DNA from: Heteronotia binoei
Taxonomy: Eukaryota
Direction: 5' to 3'
Assembly: GCF_032191835.1 (NCBI RefSeq)
Contig: NC_083226.1
Coordinates: 102,672,001 to 102,736,000 of the forward strand
Length of the DNA stretch: 64,000 nucleotides
The notes under the pieces were generated by a model. The model was not told the DNA's origin. It was given only the letters and a program-made list of their open reading frames with translations, and searched no databases. The translations under genes and the position numbers were made by a program. Position 1 is the stretch's first letter, and every line of letters begins with the position of its first letter. Positions 36,101 to 51,100 of this stretch are shown piece after piece.

Positions 36101-39100
36101 ATTGCTCTTTGTCGTTGAGATTCTGGCTTGCAATCATCTTGCGCAGAATACCATTCAGTCAGAGTTGTCTGTTGTTTCTCCTCTAGATAATGTATTTTAC
36201 GTATTGCAGAAAGAAGAAAGTCAGAATTAAAAAGGTATTGCAGTCCTTGTATATATGACATTTTACAACCGCCTTTTAATAGTGTTTAAACGTCAACAAA
36301 ACATTTTCCATCCAGCACCTGCATATACAGTAACAAACCTCGAAGTTTTTCCTTTTTGTATTTTATCATCTCCTTATTTGTATAGCCAGTACTTCTTAAT
36401 ATGTCTTCCAGAAACATCTCTTTAACTTCAAATGGTCTTCCCGGTACTGAAAACATAAAAGCCATATAAATAGTTCATGAGTTATTTAAATTATCAATAT
36501 TGTATTTAAAGTTACAGTAAACTCACTGGTAGATAAAACAGGAATGAGACCATTAAACTATTACAATGAAATTCTGTTCTTTGTTCTAGTACCACCCTGC
36601 CATCCCATCTTATTGAAGCAGGAATGATACTTTCCCTGGTTCCCAATAACCCAAACAGTCACAGACAAACAATGCAGATAAACTTTATTCCACTCGACTC
36701 CAGTCAGAAGGCTTAAGGACATTCAAAAGCCAAAACATAAAATATCAGTTTAGTTCCGGATATAATAGAAGATTATGCATTTTAATAATCAAATGAACTC
36801 TACACATAGCTATGCTTACCCTTGTCTTATAATCTAATACCTATTAAAAAGAGTTAATTCAATGAAAACCTGTCCAATTTATTCCAGAACCATGCCCAGT
36901 TGAGCAGTAAGCTATTGTTTGAGGACTCAAACAGAAGATGATTTAAATCAGCAAAGGCTGTTTCTCCTCTTTGGTTGTCCAGCAGAGAAACTGTCTCTGC
37001 TGAGCAACACAAGAGTCTAAGTTCCAATTAGGTTGGCATGATCTGACACAGAGGCAATATAGCAAACTTCTAGTGCAGATCAGCCACTTGGGCCCAAAAA
37101 TTTACAGCTTATAAAGGCTCCAACATCTCATATCAGATCTACTGGGTCACTTACTGTAAACAATTTTACAGCCAACTATAAAAAATCAGAGCTCAAGTTG
37201 TCCTTAGTTCACGTTTACCTTTGACCCACTTTTGTAGCAGGCCTCCTCCATCCTGCTTCCTCCTTGCCAAATAAGGACCATTCCAAATATGGTCTTCCTG
37301 TCTGAAGAGGCAGCTTGAACCTTTACCCACTAACCCCATCTAGCCCTAATATAGATGCTCCACGGTACTGAAAGACTGAGACTTCTAGTGGCCAAATTCC
37401 ATAACTACAACCAAAAATCAGAGAGAGAGAGAGAGCTTGCTTCAAGAAAAATATAGCAGGCTTAGTGTTTGAAAAGTGTTTGAAAAACTTAGTGCCCATT
37501 TCATAAGAGACCCAACCCAAAACTCTGTGACACTTATAAGGCAGCAAATGTTCCCAATTAGGGGTGGAAGACTCAGACACTGCTTGAGGATTCTACTCCA
37601 AGCTCAACCACAGCCAACCCATTAAACAGAGAATGTCTTGCTATTACAGGAGTTCTCGGAAAATATCCAGTAAGCACAGCTGGTAAAATACAAGCTGAAT
37701 GCTCTATCCTTGCTTCAGTTTAATTGAAGAAGCTAAGTAACTGGGCTCAAGAAGGAAAACCCTGACTACTGTCTGTATTTTGGTTTTCTGGCAAAGTCAT
37801 TATCATGGGTAAACCCTTCTCATTGCTCTTTAGTATGCATCCATGAGCTGTACACAGAACTGATGCAAGGTCAACTTCCCATCCAGAACACTTTCAAAAG
37901 ATTTTGTCTTGCTGAAAGCATAGAGGCAGTAACAGGTATTTTCACAACTTAGCTGCATATGGATCTCACTATATAGTGATTAAGAAAGAGAAATGGAGTC
38001 TCTGGATCAATGTTTTCATTAAGAAGAGGTATCCCAGGTTCAATGGGGCTTTTTGTTTGTTTGTGTTCCAGTTTGTTGTTGCTTTGCAGTGGGAAGGGAA
38101 TACTGCAAAAAAACTGACAGTGAAAGAAGCAAATTTCAACTTCAATAGCAAAGTATAAGAGAAGAGAATACTAGTAATAAAGGTCTCAGTTTACTGATCT
38201 CCCTTAGACATATGACATCCAGGGACTTCCAGAAGCTCAGTGAACCTGTTGCTCTGAACTGCCAATGCCCTTGAGGCATGCCAAACTACTTTTTCATTTG
38301 TTTCTTATAATATTTACAAGTGCGGAACCCATGAGACTCACAAGAGGAATTCCACTCTCCCTGGCTCACTAGTCTGGCATGCCTGGGTCACATGGCAGCT
38401 GGCAAGGCAGAGCTCCATTTGTGCTGCCCCAGAACTCCAAAGCACTACCAGCCAGGCTTATATGGTGGGAGCTTAGACTCCTACTCATGCCCCTTCCAAC
38501 AGCGCTACCACATGGTCCCATTAGAAATCTGCAATGGAGAAAGGATCCCACTGGCAGCAATGCCCCACTTGCTCATCTGTCCCCTCCCTCTGCTGTTCTG
38601 TTTGGCTGCCCATTGCTCACAGTACCTTTATTTTGTTTGTGTTCCTCAGTAGCACTCTGGGTGCCCCTGCCCCACCAGCCCTCCCCAGATGTCCTGATAG
38701 GTCCAGCAGAAGGCTGGGTGGGCTCCAGCTTCCCATGTTCATCCCTGGCCTGCCCCCTCTGCCCCAGCACGCCACTGCAGCTGCCCTCATCTTCTCTGGC
38801 CTCCACACACCTACCCCTGCAGTGCTGCAAATGGGATTCACTATGAATCTGGGCCCCAGCTTTTCTACACCTGGCCACAATCTCCAGATTTAAGGATTCA
38901 CAGCTGCGGCAATGTTGAAAATTTGATATGACAGGCCACCTTTGTACCTTAATAATGTACTGAAGGCTACTTACAATATTAAAATTCATACAAAACAGTT
39001 GTCAATAAGTAATAACAGTCATTAAATACATACAAGCACCAGAGATAAGATTTAACAATCACAATTTTGAATTGACAAGTAGTTTTAGGAAGGGAAACGC

Positions 39101-42100
39101 TACCAAAAATAAGTAAAGTGCCACTGGTAGTTCTACAGATTTCATGTTTAATTACTTAGCAACTATCTAAAGAGCTACACTGTTGACTCCAGATATATCG
39201 GGTGCTTTGGATTTGTGTGTGTTCAAAATCACTAGTTCACCATTCCATAGGAAAGTGATTAAACAGCTGTTTTGTCATGAAAGTAAGCATTTTAATTGGA
39301 AAAATCATGCTGGACACATGCAGTCCTAAGAGATGCTAAAATATGTTTGGAACTTTGCCTTCCTTTATGAATGAAAATTACAGAATAAAAATTAAAATCA
39401 GTAAGATAAAATATTACACATTAAAAAACCTATATTGCAGAACTGAGAGAAAATGATTAATTAGAGAACAGGTGAATCAGAACTCAACTTTGCCACATAT
39501 TCCTGTGAACAAATTCTAACATCTCAGCCATTTGTTACCAGGATTTGGCTTGCACTAAATTAAATTGAGGAATATATCTTAAAAATGAATTTAGTAGCTA
39601 AGCTCCTGCTAATATTTAAACTTACTATATATCACTGGACATCCTCCAAAATATCTGACAAAGAGGTTCACATCTAGGGCAGCACTGGAAAGTATTAATT
39701 TCAAAGATGAATGTTTTTGTAATGTATCTCTTAACTTGGTAAGTAAGAAGTCACTGAACCGATCCCTTTCATGGACTTCATCCTGCAACAAGAATAAGCA
39801 AGCATGCTCTTTAACATCATTCTGACACATCATACCACATAACTCTCTATTATAAAATTAGACATTTCTTGTTATAATTTTATCCATTTTGTAAACATCA
39901 ATTATATGTGATTTCCTATCATACAGGCGATAGGGACAGGGCTTTCTCTGCACTGACCCAAGCCTGGCAAGTTACCACTCGAGATCAGGGCCCTTCGGGA
40001 TTTGCTACAATTCCACAGGGCCTGCAAAACAGCCCTTCAGATGAAGCAGTGGACATCCAAATCCATCTCAGCCTCCCCTTTTGACACTGCTGACCTCTGA
40101 CCAGCCCAAACTAAGCATCACTGTCAAGGTGAACCCACTCTGGCTGTTGTTTTAATAGTAATATTATTTTCATTATCTAAATTATACTGTTATCTGTGTG
40201 ATTTATAAGCCTGTTTGTGGGGAGGATGAAATAATGATTGAATCAATCAACTAAATAAATACCGGCCTCAGTATGGATCAAAAAGCCCAGCAAGAAAATA
40301 AATACCGGCCTCAGTATGGATTAAAAAGCCCAGCAAAAGGACAAAAAGGTTTGATGTTTCTTCAAACCTGGATAGTGAGATAGTGAAAATAAAAACTGAA
40401 AAAATATTTGGCCTTGGTAACGAAAGTTGCATGGGAAAACAGCAAAGGCAATAAACATGTCAGAATTGGAGAATGATGGTGAGAGACTAGGGTCACAAGG
40501 TGATAAATATAGAGTCTGTTAATTGCTCTATTTTTCCTCAAGCGTGGGTAAAAGAAAACTATACTGGCAAATTGGAATGATATTTATAATGCTATGCTAT
40601 ATGTTAAAAAGTAAATGAGGTGGACAGAAACACCTCTAAGAAAAAGATGTTCTCAGTTTAACCATTTATTTCTACACAAACTGTAGGTTCTCATTATAGT
40701 TATTCTACACATTCCTACAATTAGAACAAAAACAACTGACTGAAAAGGGGCTTACATTCATTGTTGACCATCCGATAACTAACTTTCATTTTAACAATTC
40801 AATAGAATGCACGACAAAATTAAAATAAATTAATATTGATCTTCAAGCACTCTGAATACTATTTTCACAATAATTAGAGCAACTTACCACAATAACATGT
40901 GTTACAGTTGACAGTGCACTATCTCCGGCCATTAGTGTTCGAAGCAATACACCATTAGTACAAAAGGTCAACAGTGTCTTTGGAGAAACCCTGTTTTTTA
41001 AAGAGAAAAAAAGGTGATTTCAAAGGAGCATCTTATTTTGCTCCAATTTAAAACATAGAAATTCTTACAAGCTTTATAATGTAAAAATATTTAGTGGACA
41101 CATAAAAAGAATTCATTGTGAATATCTATATTCTTATTACAATATTCCTTGTGTAACATTACTGACTAAATGCACCAAATGCTGACCAGCCACTTTCGGT
41201 AAGAACTGCTATCAGGCAACCACATTCTTCCTTGCAATCTGAAGAGTTTTTTTAGTTTAGGTGGTAAAAACAATACTGCTACATTCTGTAAGCTGCATTC
41301 TGTTCTGTTTTGCTCCCACTTCCAAGACTCTGATTACTGCCCTCAAAACTTAAGATTACGCTTTAAAACAAACAGAAGGTGGATGGTTTTTGAAGGCAGC
41401 CAGAAGGCCTATTAACATACTTCTTGAAATCTCCTTGTTTTCAATATCATAGCTATGAAATTTAAGTCTAGGAAAGTTAAGTTCCTACATTTGGCTTTTA
41501 GAATGCTTCTGTCATGGTATCCTCTGAATTGAAAGTCTCTCTACCGCAGGAAGAAAGAAAAAGAGTTCATAGCCTTCAGAAACTAGAGACAGCATCAGCT
41601 TGTGAGGTGAGAAGCAGTCATTGTTGACAATAGTCTGTGCAAAGCAAAACAGCAATAGCTATTCTAATAACTATAGCAATATTGTCATCCTTTGGAAGAA
41701 AGAGAGATGTTGTCCAATGGAGGAAAGTACAGTGTGCAAAGCAAGGAGAAGCAATGGAAGTAAGCAACTACTCTCCCCCAAGCTGATCCTGAAGACTCAT
41801 AACAATAGGTATTAGAGTCTTACTTCATTTATTTTTGAAAGCGCCTAAATTTCTTTCAAAATACACAAGGAATACTTGCTAGACCTGCTTTCCAAACGGA
41901 TCTGATAGCCAATCGTCTGCCCAATCTTTTCTCTTCTTTCAGCAGCAACCCTTTCTGCCACAGCAATTGCTGCCAAACGTCTTGGTTGAGTGCAAAATAT
42001 TCGACATGGTATTCCATTTTTGTAACAATCATCCAGTAAAAATTGAGGAATCTAAATACATAGATTGTGTGTTAATTTTTAAAAGTGCAATAATCACATC

Positions 42101-45100
42101 ACGACATAAAGTCATACTATATTTACAAGCAGCTCTAAACAGCTGACACTGTGTTTACTTTGAGAAATTCTGAAGTCCAACACATTCATTCTGTAGCAAC
42201 CCAAAATTCCACACACATCTGGATTTATCATGCTGTTTCACCTTTATACAGATTTCCCCACCAAATCATCTTTTATACACAACTGCCAAATTTCTAAAAC
42301 AATTTTCAGTCAGCTGTGGAAGTTGCTGAAATAGAAAAGAACCAAACTCAAGCTCTGCCACATATTTAAAACACCTCACTGATTGGTGGACATTGTGTTC
42401 TTACTGTATGAGTTAATTTGTACAAGCTCAGTGAAGTTAACAAAGCATGAAGTTAATATAGGTGTCGATGGAGATCACCACACAAGACAGAATAAGTACT
42501 AAAGTTTCTTTAAGGTGCTTAGCCACAGAACTTTACAGACCCCTCATCCATGAAGGGGGGGATAGGATAGACCATCCAGATAACTTCCACGCTACCTTCA
42601 GAAGCAGAGAAGCCCAGCTTTCTACTTGGCTCTCAGCACAATAAAACCTTCCTGTCCTGAGAAGAGTTGCTAAAACATTCATTCAGCAACAGGAACTAAT
42701 ATTTTCGGAATGTGGTCTAGAGAAGACTTAATTTGCATGATTGTTAAAGAGATAAAAGCCCCTTTTAGGAATGTATGTCCAAAAATAGGATACAAATTTA
42801 AACTTATTATGTTAAAATAAAGGTATTCACTTCCCAAAACTACAGTAGCCAGTTTTTCAAGAGATAAAGACTTGGAAAGGAGGTCAAACTTCCAACGTTT
42901 AACTCACAGATGCAGTGATTAAGTAAGTGTTGGCTACTTAGGCACTGAACTGGAGTTTGTCCTGAGAGGTATCTACCACTGCTCTTTTGATCTTCAGCAA
43001 TACTATCTTGTGGGTGAGGGGATCTAGGCTTAGAATTTAGAGAAGATCACTCACCCATATCATAACAGCTCTACAGAAATTAGAGAGAACGGCAGAAGTT
43101 CTAAGAGCTAGGAGAGAAGCTTCATGTTTAGCTACAGTAAGCAAGAAACATAGAGGCCTATCTGGAGACTGGAAACCTGAATGGCCAAAGCTGAAGCCTC
43201 GACTGCCGCTAGGCCTTGGGAGACCTCTTGGAGATTATCAGGCAATCCTAGCCAACTGCTACAACCACGTGCCTGGAGCAATGATGGCTTGGCCTGGCAT
43301 GGTTCTGGAGAGGTGAACAGCAAAGAACAAGCACTCAAAGTGGCCTTGGCCTTTTTGCTCTTGGTTGCCACTGCAAGAAGCTCTAAGCTGCTGAGGCAAT
43401 TGATGGTTTTTTTAATTGCCTTTGGCATAGTTAATAGCTGCAAGAAGCAGGAGCCTCATTCTTTAAGGGGGCCCTACAAGACAGAACTGGTTAAGCAAGT
43501 CTTGCCTGGAGCACACAGGCCTTTCTGTCTGAGGAAGATCCACCTCCTACTGGTCCTCTTAGAGTTCAGATTACTTTGCATAAACCCCACCTTGGATTAT
43601 GTATAACCCACAGGAGGATGACTTACCGTCACTGAAGCAGAATGTTAAGATCTATGAACAGCTTCATTTAAAAATAAACTCCATTATTGTAAGAAAAACA
43701 AACTAAATTATAAGTAATAATTTAATTTTCTATTACAGATACGTGCATGTGTTTGTATTTTCAAATTATAAAATGTTTTTATGTATAATTTGGATAAGCA
43801 TGTTACATACCTGAGTAGTTTTACCTGATCCAGTTTCTCCCACAATCAAGATAACCTTATTTTCTTTAATAATTCTAACAATTTCATCCTGCTTTTCATA
43901 AACTGGCAGAGACTGCCGAAAGGAATCAAATTCTGATTCTCCTCTTTTAACTGGGATTTGAGGGATACCATTGTTAAGTCTGCCACTTGTTTTGCTCATT
44001 TCTCTATTTTCTAAGAAAAGACAAAAGTAATGACCACATCAAATTAGGTACTAATGGTACTTCTGATTCTTTAGTTTCATAAAACTGAATATCACCAGAT
44101 GACAGCTAGTTGCTTGAGGGCCTGATAGGAGCTCTCCGGGGGGCCTGATTTGGCCCCAGGCCACAGGTTTGACACACCTGCTCCAGAACATCCAGACCTT
44201 TTTTTAAGGGCTTGATCCACAAGTAACTATGGTACACTTACAGCCTTTTGCCACTGTATACAGCCAAATACGATGCAGTTTAGTAGCCATGCAACTTTAG
44301 CCAAACTGCTGCGACTGGTCATATGATTATAACACTTCTTTACTAGAAAACAGAATGCCACAGGCTTGGAGCTTTGGTCTAGAAAGTGTTGTGAAACCAC
44401 CTGAGAAGTATTTAAAAATGTTTTCATTTTATCTAAAAACTAAATTATGATTTTGCATATTTATATTTATTCAGATGAACAAAATATTCAACTTGCAAGA
44501 CATCAGCTGTTACTCCTACATGAAAATATCACCTAACAATGAAATGTCAGCAAGATAGTGCCAAATATTCAAGGCTTTTCCAGCATAATCAAACAGGAAC
44601 GCATGTACACCACAGTTACAGCAACCATCATACACACACATATATACATACACATGCAAACACTCTATGGAATTACAGCAATAATGTTGTATGTACATTA
44701 GACACAGCTTTCTAACGAGGGTAAAACAGAGAACAATGCAAAGTGCCTTGGCTCCACTGGAGAGAAAGGTAGAGAATAAATGAGGTAAATAAATAATTAA
44801 CCAAATAAATAATGTGCACTAAATGTAATTTGTGATATGTAACATCCTTCTCCACTAATTCACTAACAAGTTTATCAGAATATACATACCAGCTTCAACA
44901 GCAAATACGTTTCCTCTCTCCGTCTTTGGCAGAAGCTCTGTCCGTTCTTTATTGGTAACAGGAAATCGCTGTATGAGGCTTCTAATAGCATGTTTTGTGT
45001 TAGGGATCAAATTACACGTCATCATTGTGTGTGCCAACTCAGATCCATCTTTTTTCTTCACAGTTAGGTATCTGTTTGCTCCTTTCCTGAAAAGTTGAGT

Positions 45101-48100
45101 CATTTTGTATTTGGCACAATGAAAAATAGCTTTATCAGAAGCTTTGTTCTTCAACTACCATAGTTGCCTCACAGATATAGCACGGGTGACTAGGTACATG
45201 TCTACTGACATATTAAAGTGTTTAATACAGATACACTCCACACAGTCTCAGATAAAACTGTTTTACTTGTTTGATATCCAGCCTCCCACATTTTACATAT
45301 TTATATTTATCCAGATAAACATTCTTGATTTAAATTCTTTGCTTGCAAAAAATCATGAGGGGAAACAATCAATCTCTTCATTTTCACTATCTTAGGTTTT
45401 AATTGGAGGTAGGTTCAGATGGGTAGCCATAATGGTCTGAAGCAGCAGAACAAAGTCTGAGTTCAGTGGCACCTTTAAGACCAACAAAATTTTATTCAAG
45501 GTATAAGCTTTTTTGTGCATGCCAAGAACCAAAGGCAAGCAACATGTACAGGATTGTCTAAGCAGTCCTTGGGCTCCCGCAGCCCGCACCTACCTTCTGG
45601 TGTACTGATTGACGTGGCACACTGTGGGGAGACCTGGCTCACCCTGCCCAACATAGCCCTAAGAGCACCATGCAGCTGGACAAGCCTCCTTCCTGCCTCC
45701 ACCCCACCTCCTGGACCGCAAACATTAGTGGAAGTGAGTCTTTGTCGTGTTTCTGATTCACACATTACTTCCATTTACATTTGAGGATGTTTTTAAATAT
45801 ATCGACTTACCCCTTGCTTTTAGAAATCAGACCAAGAGACTGACTTAATCGGTGAATAAAAGCTCTTTCAGTACTGGTTAAAGATGAAGGAAATTCCATT
45901 TCTAGAACAAGAAAACATAGTAAGAATCAACCAATCACAACATTTTAGACTTCACCCTGCTTAAAAACAATTGTGCTTATTAATACACTTGAAAAGCAGT
46001 CAGGACGACATGGTAAGTTTTCAGAACTATCTCACTCAGGATGGGTACACAAAATACTCTGTTTGTCACCAACTTAGGGCCACTTCAAAAGTCTACAATC
46101 CAGGACTTCCAGGGTTGGATCATGGAGAATTGAGCTGCTTCTCAAAAGGGGAGCGGACCGGAGCCTTTGTTCTGGGTAGAGAAGGCGATTCCAACGCCTG
46201 CGGCCCACTTTTCTCAGGAAGGGAAAAGGCCAAGACATGCATGGAATATTCTGAGGGGATTTACTTTGGCTTAAGAAGAGTCCCAGCGGGGGTTCTTTTA
46301 GGCTTTGAAGATTCCCCATCGAGGAATTGCATTCCAGCATCTACAGAGGGTCTCCGTGGTCATTAAATTGACTAAAATTCATCAAGATTCAAGCTTTCTT
46401 TGAACTATCTAAATTTCTAAATATTAATATTGGAAGAGGACGGTGTTGAGAAGGTTAAATTTGGCTGCAAGGTAAGAAGATCTTTATCTTTCATTCCGAG
46501 ACTAAAACCAATTTTATTTGAGATAAAGATTGGAATTTGGACTTAGCTACAATATTCTAAAGTTATAAACAAGAGAAGGGGGCAATTTTGAGACTTTTGA
46601 GAGACTTAGAAGCAAAGTTAAAGGCAAAAAAGCAACTTATGTTTGGAATACTTGCGGTTTCTGTAAAAAACCCCCATCATTACTGAGTTGTTGAACTGGA
46701 AGACTGCACAGGAAGTGACACATAGATTGTATCGCAAGATCTTTCAACCATCAAGAACGGGACTTTGTGGCAAGAAAAGCAGGAAGAGGCCATTGAAAGA
46801 AGGGAATTTAAAGACCTCCTGGCCTTCTCTAGGACTTGAAAATCATAGAAAAATTGCAGTGGCCATTAAAAGGTCAAAATAATTTAAAACTCTTAAGAAA
46901 GAAAAAGGGACTTTAAAAATTATTGGAGCGGGCAAATTTCACTACTTCAGAACGAAACATATTGGAATATATGAAAGATGTCAATTTTGGTGGCCTTTTG
47001 GAGAAAAAGAAAATTTTAAAGGGGCTAGAAAAATCGTGGCCGCCATTTTGTCTACTTTAAAAACTTTAAATATCTCGGGCTAGGAAGCCCTGAGGACAAT
47101 GATTTGGGGTCTATTGAAAAGGGCATCTCCTAATCTTCAAGATCCAGTGGTTTATTTTTGATTTGGAGAGATCAACCGGAAATTTCATTTTGGCAGTGAG
47201 GGAAGTGGAATGTCAGAGCAGAAGCTGCCAAAACTGACACGCGCAAGGACTGCTTCACTTGAGGAGGGAAAGATGCCAAAAATACAAGAAAAACTAGATG
47301 CCATGGAGGCAAGGCTGATTAAAGTGATGAAGGACCTAATAACAGAAAATAAAAAGCAAGTAGTTAAAGAACTAGAGGTGGTGAAGTCAGAAATAAAGAA
47401 AGAGATTAGAGATCTTAGAAAGGGCTCACAAACAACGTTAAGCAAAGCACATGTGGTTGAAAATAAGGTGAAAAATCAAGATTCCACGATTAATAAATTG
47501 CAGGAGAAAGCAGCACTGCAAGATTGCAAGTTAATGGAAAACCAGATTCGTTTGAGAGGAGAGCCTGAAGAGGAAGGTTCTGATTTAAGGATATATATAA
47601 GAATCATTGCTTTTTTTTTCAATGAACAGTTTTATTGGTAACATATGGTAGCAAATCTATATCTTACAACTTAAAAAAGGAAAGATTTATCTACCCCATA
47701 TCTTACTTTTTCTCCCACCCCTCCCCCCATTACTTGACCCCCGCCAGTGTTATTTACTTAAAGAAAAACAAATATTAAAGGTACCCTTAACTATTAAAAA
47801 ACCAAAAGTTATATTCTTGTTTTAAAAAACTTAATCATTATCAAAGATTGTCCAATGTCCTTTTATTTTCCACTTTTTCTACGTATCTTCTGAACTTCTT
47901 CCACTCCATCTTAAGAACTTCTAAATCATAGTCTCTTAATATGCTTGTTAATTTGTCCATTTCACTCCATGACATAACTTTTATAATCCAATCCCATTTC
48001 TCTGGTATTTTTTCTTGCTTCCACAACTGCACATACTATGTCCTAGCAGCTGAGAGCAAGTACCAGATTAAAGTTCTATCTTCTTTTGGAAATTTTTCCA

Positions 48101-51100
48101 TTTGTAATCCCAACAGAAAAGTCTCTGCAACTTTGTTAAACTCATATCCCAAGATATTAGACATCTCTTGCTGGATCATCTGCCAAAACATTTTAGCTCT
48201 TTCACAAGTCCACCACATATGGTAGAAAGAACCTTCATGCTTTTTACATTTCCAACACCTGTCTGGCATCTTGTTATTCATCTATGCTAATTTTTTAGGA
48301 GTCATATACCATCTATACATCATGTTAAAACAATTTTCTTTAATACTTTGACATGTTGCAAGTTTCATAGAGTTCTTCCACAAATATTCCCAAGATTCCA
48401 TCTTTATTTCTTTATTTACATTAATTGCCCATTTTATCATTTGAGATTTCTCTACTTCATCTTCTGTAGACCATCGTAAAAGTAATTTGTATACTTTTGA
48501 AATTAGTTTCTCATTGTCTCCAAGCAGAACTTTTTCCATTTCTGTTTGTTCTTTCCTTATTTCTTCAGTTTTGATATCATTCTCCACCAAGCTTTTTATT
48601 TGTTGCATTTAAAACCAATCATATTTATGACTCAATTCTTCAGCAGTTTTCAGTTCTATTTTCCCACTTTGTATTTTTAATAATTGATTATATGACAGCC
48701 ACTTTTCTTCACCTGTCTTAGCCATTATCTTTATCACTTCAGCTGGCACTGTCCATAAAGATCTTCTCTCATCTCCATATTTCTTATATTTTATCCGTGT
48801 ATTTAATAGGTTGCTTCTTATATAATGGTGAGAGAAAGGCCCATCCATCCTCTTTTTTCCATAATATAAATATGCATGCCAGCCAAATTTATTTCCGTGA
48901 CCTTCCAACACTAAAAGTTTTTTGTTTAACAATGTTATCCATTCTTTCATCCATACTAAACAAACTGCTTCATGATACAATTTTAAATCTGGCAGCTGAA
49001 ATCCGCCTCTCTTTTGCATGACAGAATTTTCATTTTAATCCTTGGCTTCTTTCCAGCCCACACAAATTCTGAAATTTTCCTACGCCATTTATCAAATTGT
49101 TTGGCATCCTTCACAATAGGAATAGTTTGAAACAAATACATTATCCTTGGTAGAATATTCATTTTTATTGCAGTTATTCTGCCCAGCAATGACAAATTAA
49201 GCTTGTTCCATTTTAGCATATCTTCATCCATTTTATGCCATAACTTCTCATAATTATTTTTAAACAGATCAATGTTTTTCATTGCTATCTCCACCCCTAG
49301 GTATTTTACCTTGGAGGTAACTTCACAGCCCATTAGTCTTTGTAATTTTTGTTGTCTCTTCATCTGCATATTCTTACACAGAATTTTAGATTTTTCTCTA
49401 TTTATAGAAAGTCCCACCAACTCCCCATATTCTTGTATTTTCGTTAACAACTAAGGTGTAACTTGTATGGGGTTTTCATTTATAAACATTATATCATCAG
49501 CAAATGCTCTATATTTGTAAGTACATCCTTTTATTTGTAAGCCTTCTATATCTTTTTTTTCTTGAATCTGCATCAATAAAATTTCAAAAGTCATTATAAA
49601 CAACAATGGTGAGAGCGGACAACCTTGTCTGGTACCTTTACTAATTTTCATTTCTTCTGTGAGATCTGCATTAACACACAGCCTTGCCCTTTGTTCAGAG
49701 TATATTGCTTTTATCATTCTAATAAAACTTTCTCCCAGCTCCATCTTATCCATTACCGCAAACATAAAGTCCCAGCTTAAATTGTCAAATGCTTTCTCTG
49801 CATCTGCAAAGAATAATGCTACTTCTTTTTCTGGATGTCTTTCATAATATTCTACAATATTTACAACAGTCCTAATATTGTCTCTTATTTGTCTTTTGGG
49901 AAGAAACCCTGCTTGATCTTCCTTTATAAAGTTTATCAAATGTTGTTTAAGCCGTTCTGCCAAGATTCTTGTAAATATTTTATAGTCATTATTTAATAAC
50001 AAACTTAGTCTGTAATTTTTTACATTCATGGCATCTCTGTCTTCTTTAGGTATCAAGGAAATAACAGCTTCCTTCCATGTATTTGGTACATTCCCTTTTA
50101 TTCTTATTATATTCGTCAACTTCTGCAATTTTGGTATTAATTCGTCCTTAAAAGTTTTAAAATATTTAGCTGTATATCCATCTGGCCCGGGAGCTTTCCC
50201 ATTTTTCATTGCATTGATTGCTACTTCAATTTCTATCTTTTCAATTGGATCATTCAAAACTTTTCGCATATTTTCAGTTAGGGGCTCTATTTTTAACTTT
50301 TGTAAATATTCATCCATCTTCTCTTTCTTTACTTTAACACCTTTAAACAGTTTGGCATAGTGCTTAAAAAATTCTCTTTTTATTCCCTCTTGAGTAACCA
50401 CTTCTCTTCCATCTATCACAATTCTATTAATAATTTTATTTTCTCTCTTTTTTTTCAATTGCCAAGCCAAATACTTTCCCGCTTTATTTGCCCCTTCAAA
50501 CGATTTCTGCTGAAGTCTTTTCAAATTCCATTCCACTTCTTTATTTAACAAATGTCTCAATTGAGTTTGTAATATTGAAATTTCCTGTAGAATTTTCTTT
50601 TTCCCTGGTCTTTTTCTCAGCTCCCCCTCTTTTTTCTTTATTTCATTTTTAATGTCCAACAACTGTTTTTCTTTTTTTCTTTTGTCTTTATTATTCAAAG
50701 TAATCAACACCCCTCTCATTACTGCTTTATAAGCATCCCAGACCGTCTGAAAATCAACATCTTCTTTATCATTCACTTGGGAAAAGGCTTTAGTTTCCTT
50801 TTCTAGAAATGTCACTGTTTCTTTATGCTGTAGCAAATCTTCATTCAATCTCCATCTTCTCAATTTCTTGGACAATTTTGTAATCCACATTATTGGGTTA
50901 TGGTCGGCCCCAATTTTAGGTAAAATCTCTATCTTCCTTGTTATAAGACTTACCGTATTTTTCGCACCATAAGGCGCTCTGGACGATACGACGCACCTTC
51001 CTCCTGGGGGGCGATCCGCTGCCTCCGCCTCTGATCCCAGCGCTTCCTCCGCGCCTGCCTGCCTGGCTCCAGCTTCTTCCAGCAAGCGCTGGGATCACTC

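Noticed and set aside
36850-37600. Very old non-LTR RT remnant on the minus strand
   Set aside because: Only vague peptide resemblance, with no diagnostic motif.
43009-43612. Solo LTR with TGTGGGT...ACCCACA ends
   Set aside because: 7-bp inverted ends are present, but there is no TSD (TATCT vs GGAGG) and no PBS; it cannot be supported without a search.
46100-50950. Twin-priming 5' inversion of one L1
   Set aside because: Twin priming puts the inverted part upstream of the 3' segment; here the ORF1 piece abuts the poly(A) end.
49451-51085. 544-aa ORF as an intact novel protein
   Set aside because: The first ~45 residues derive from the Tc2-like insert fused by chance to a truncated L1 ORF2.
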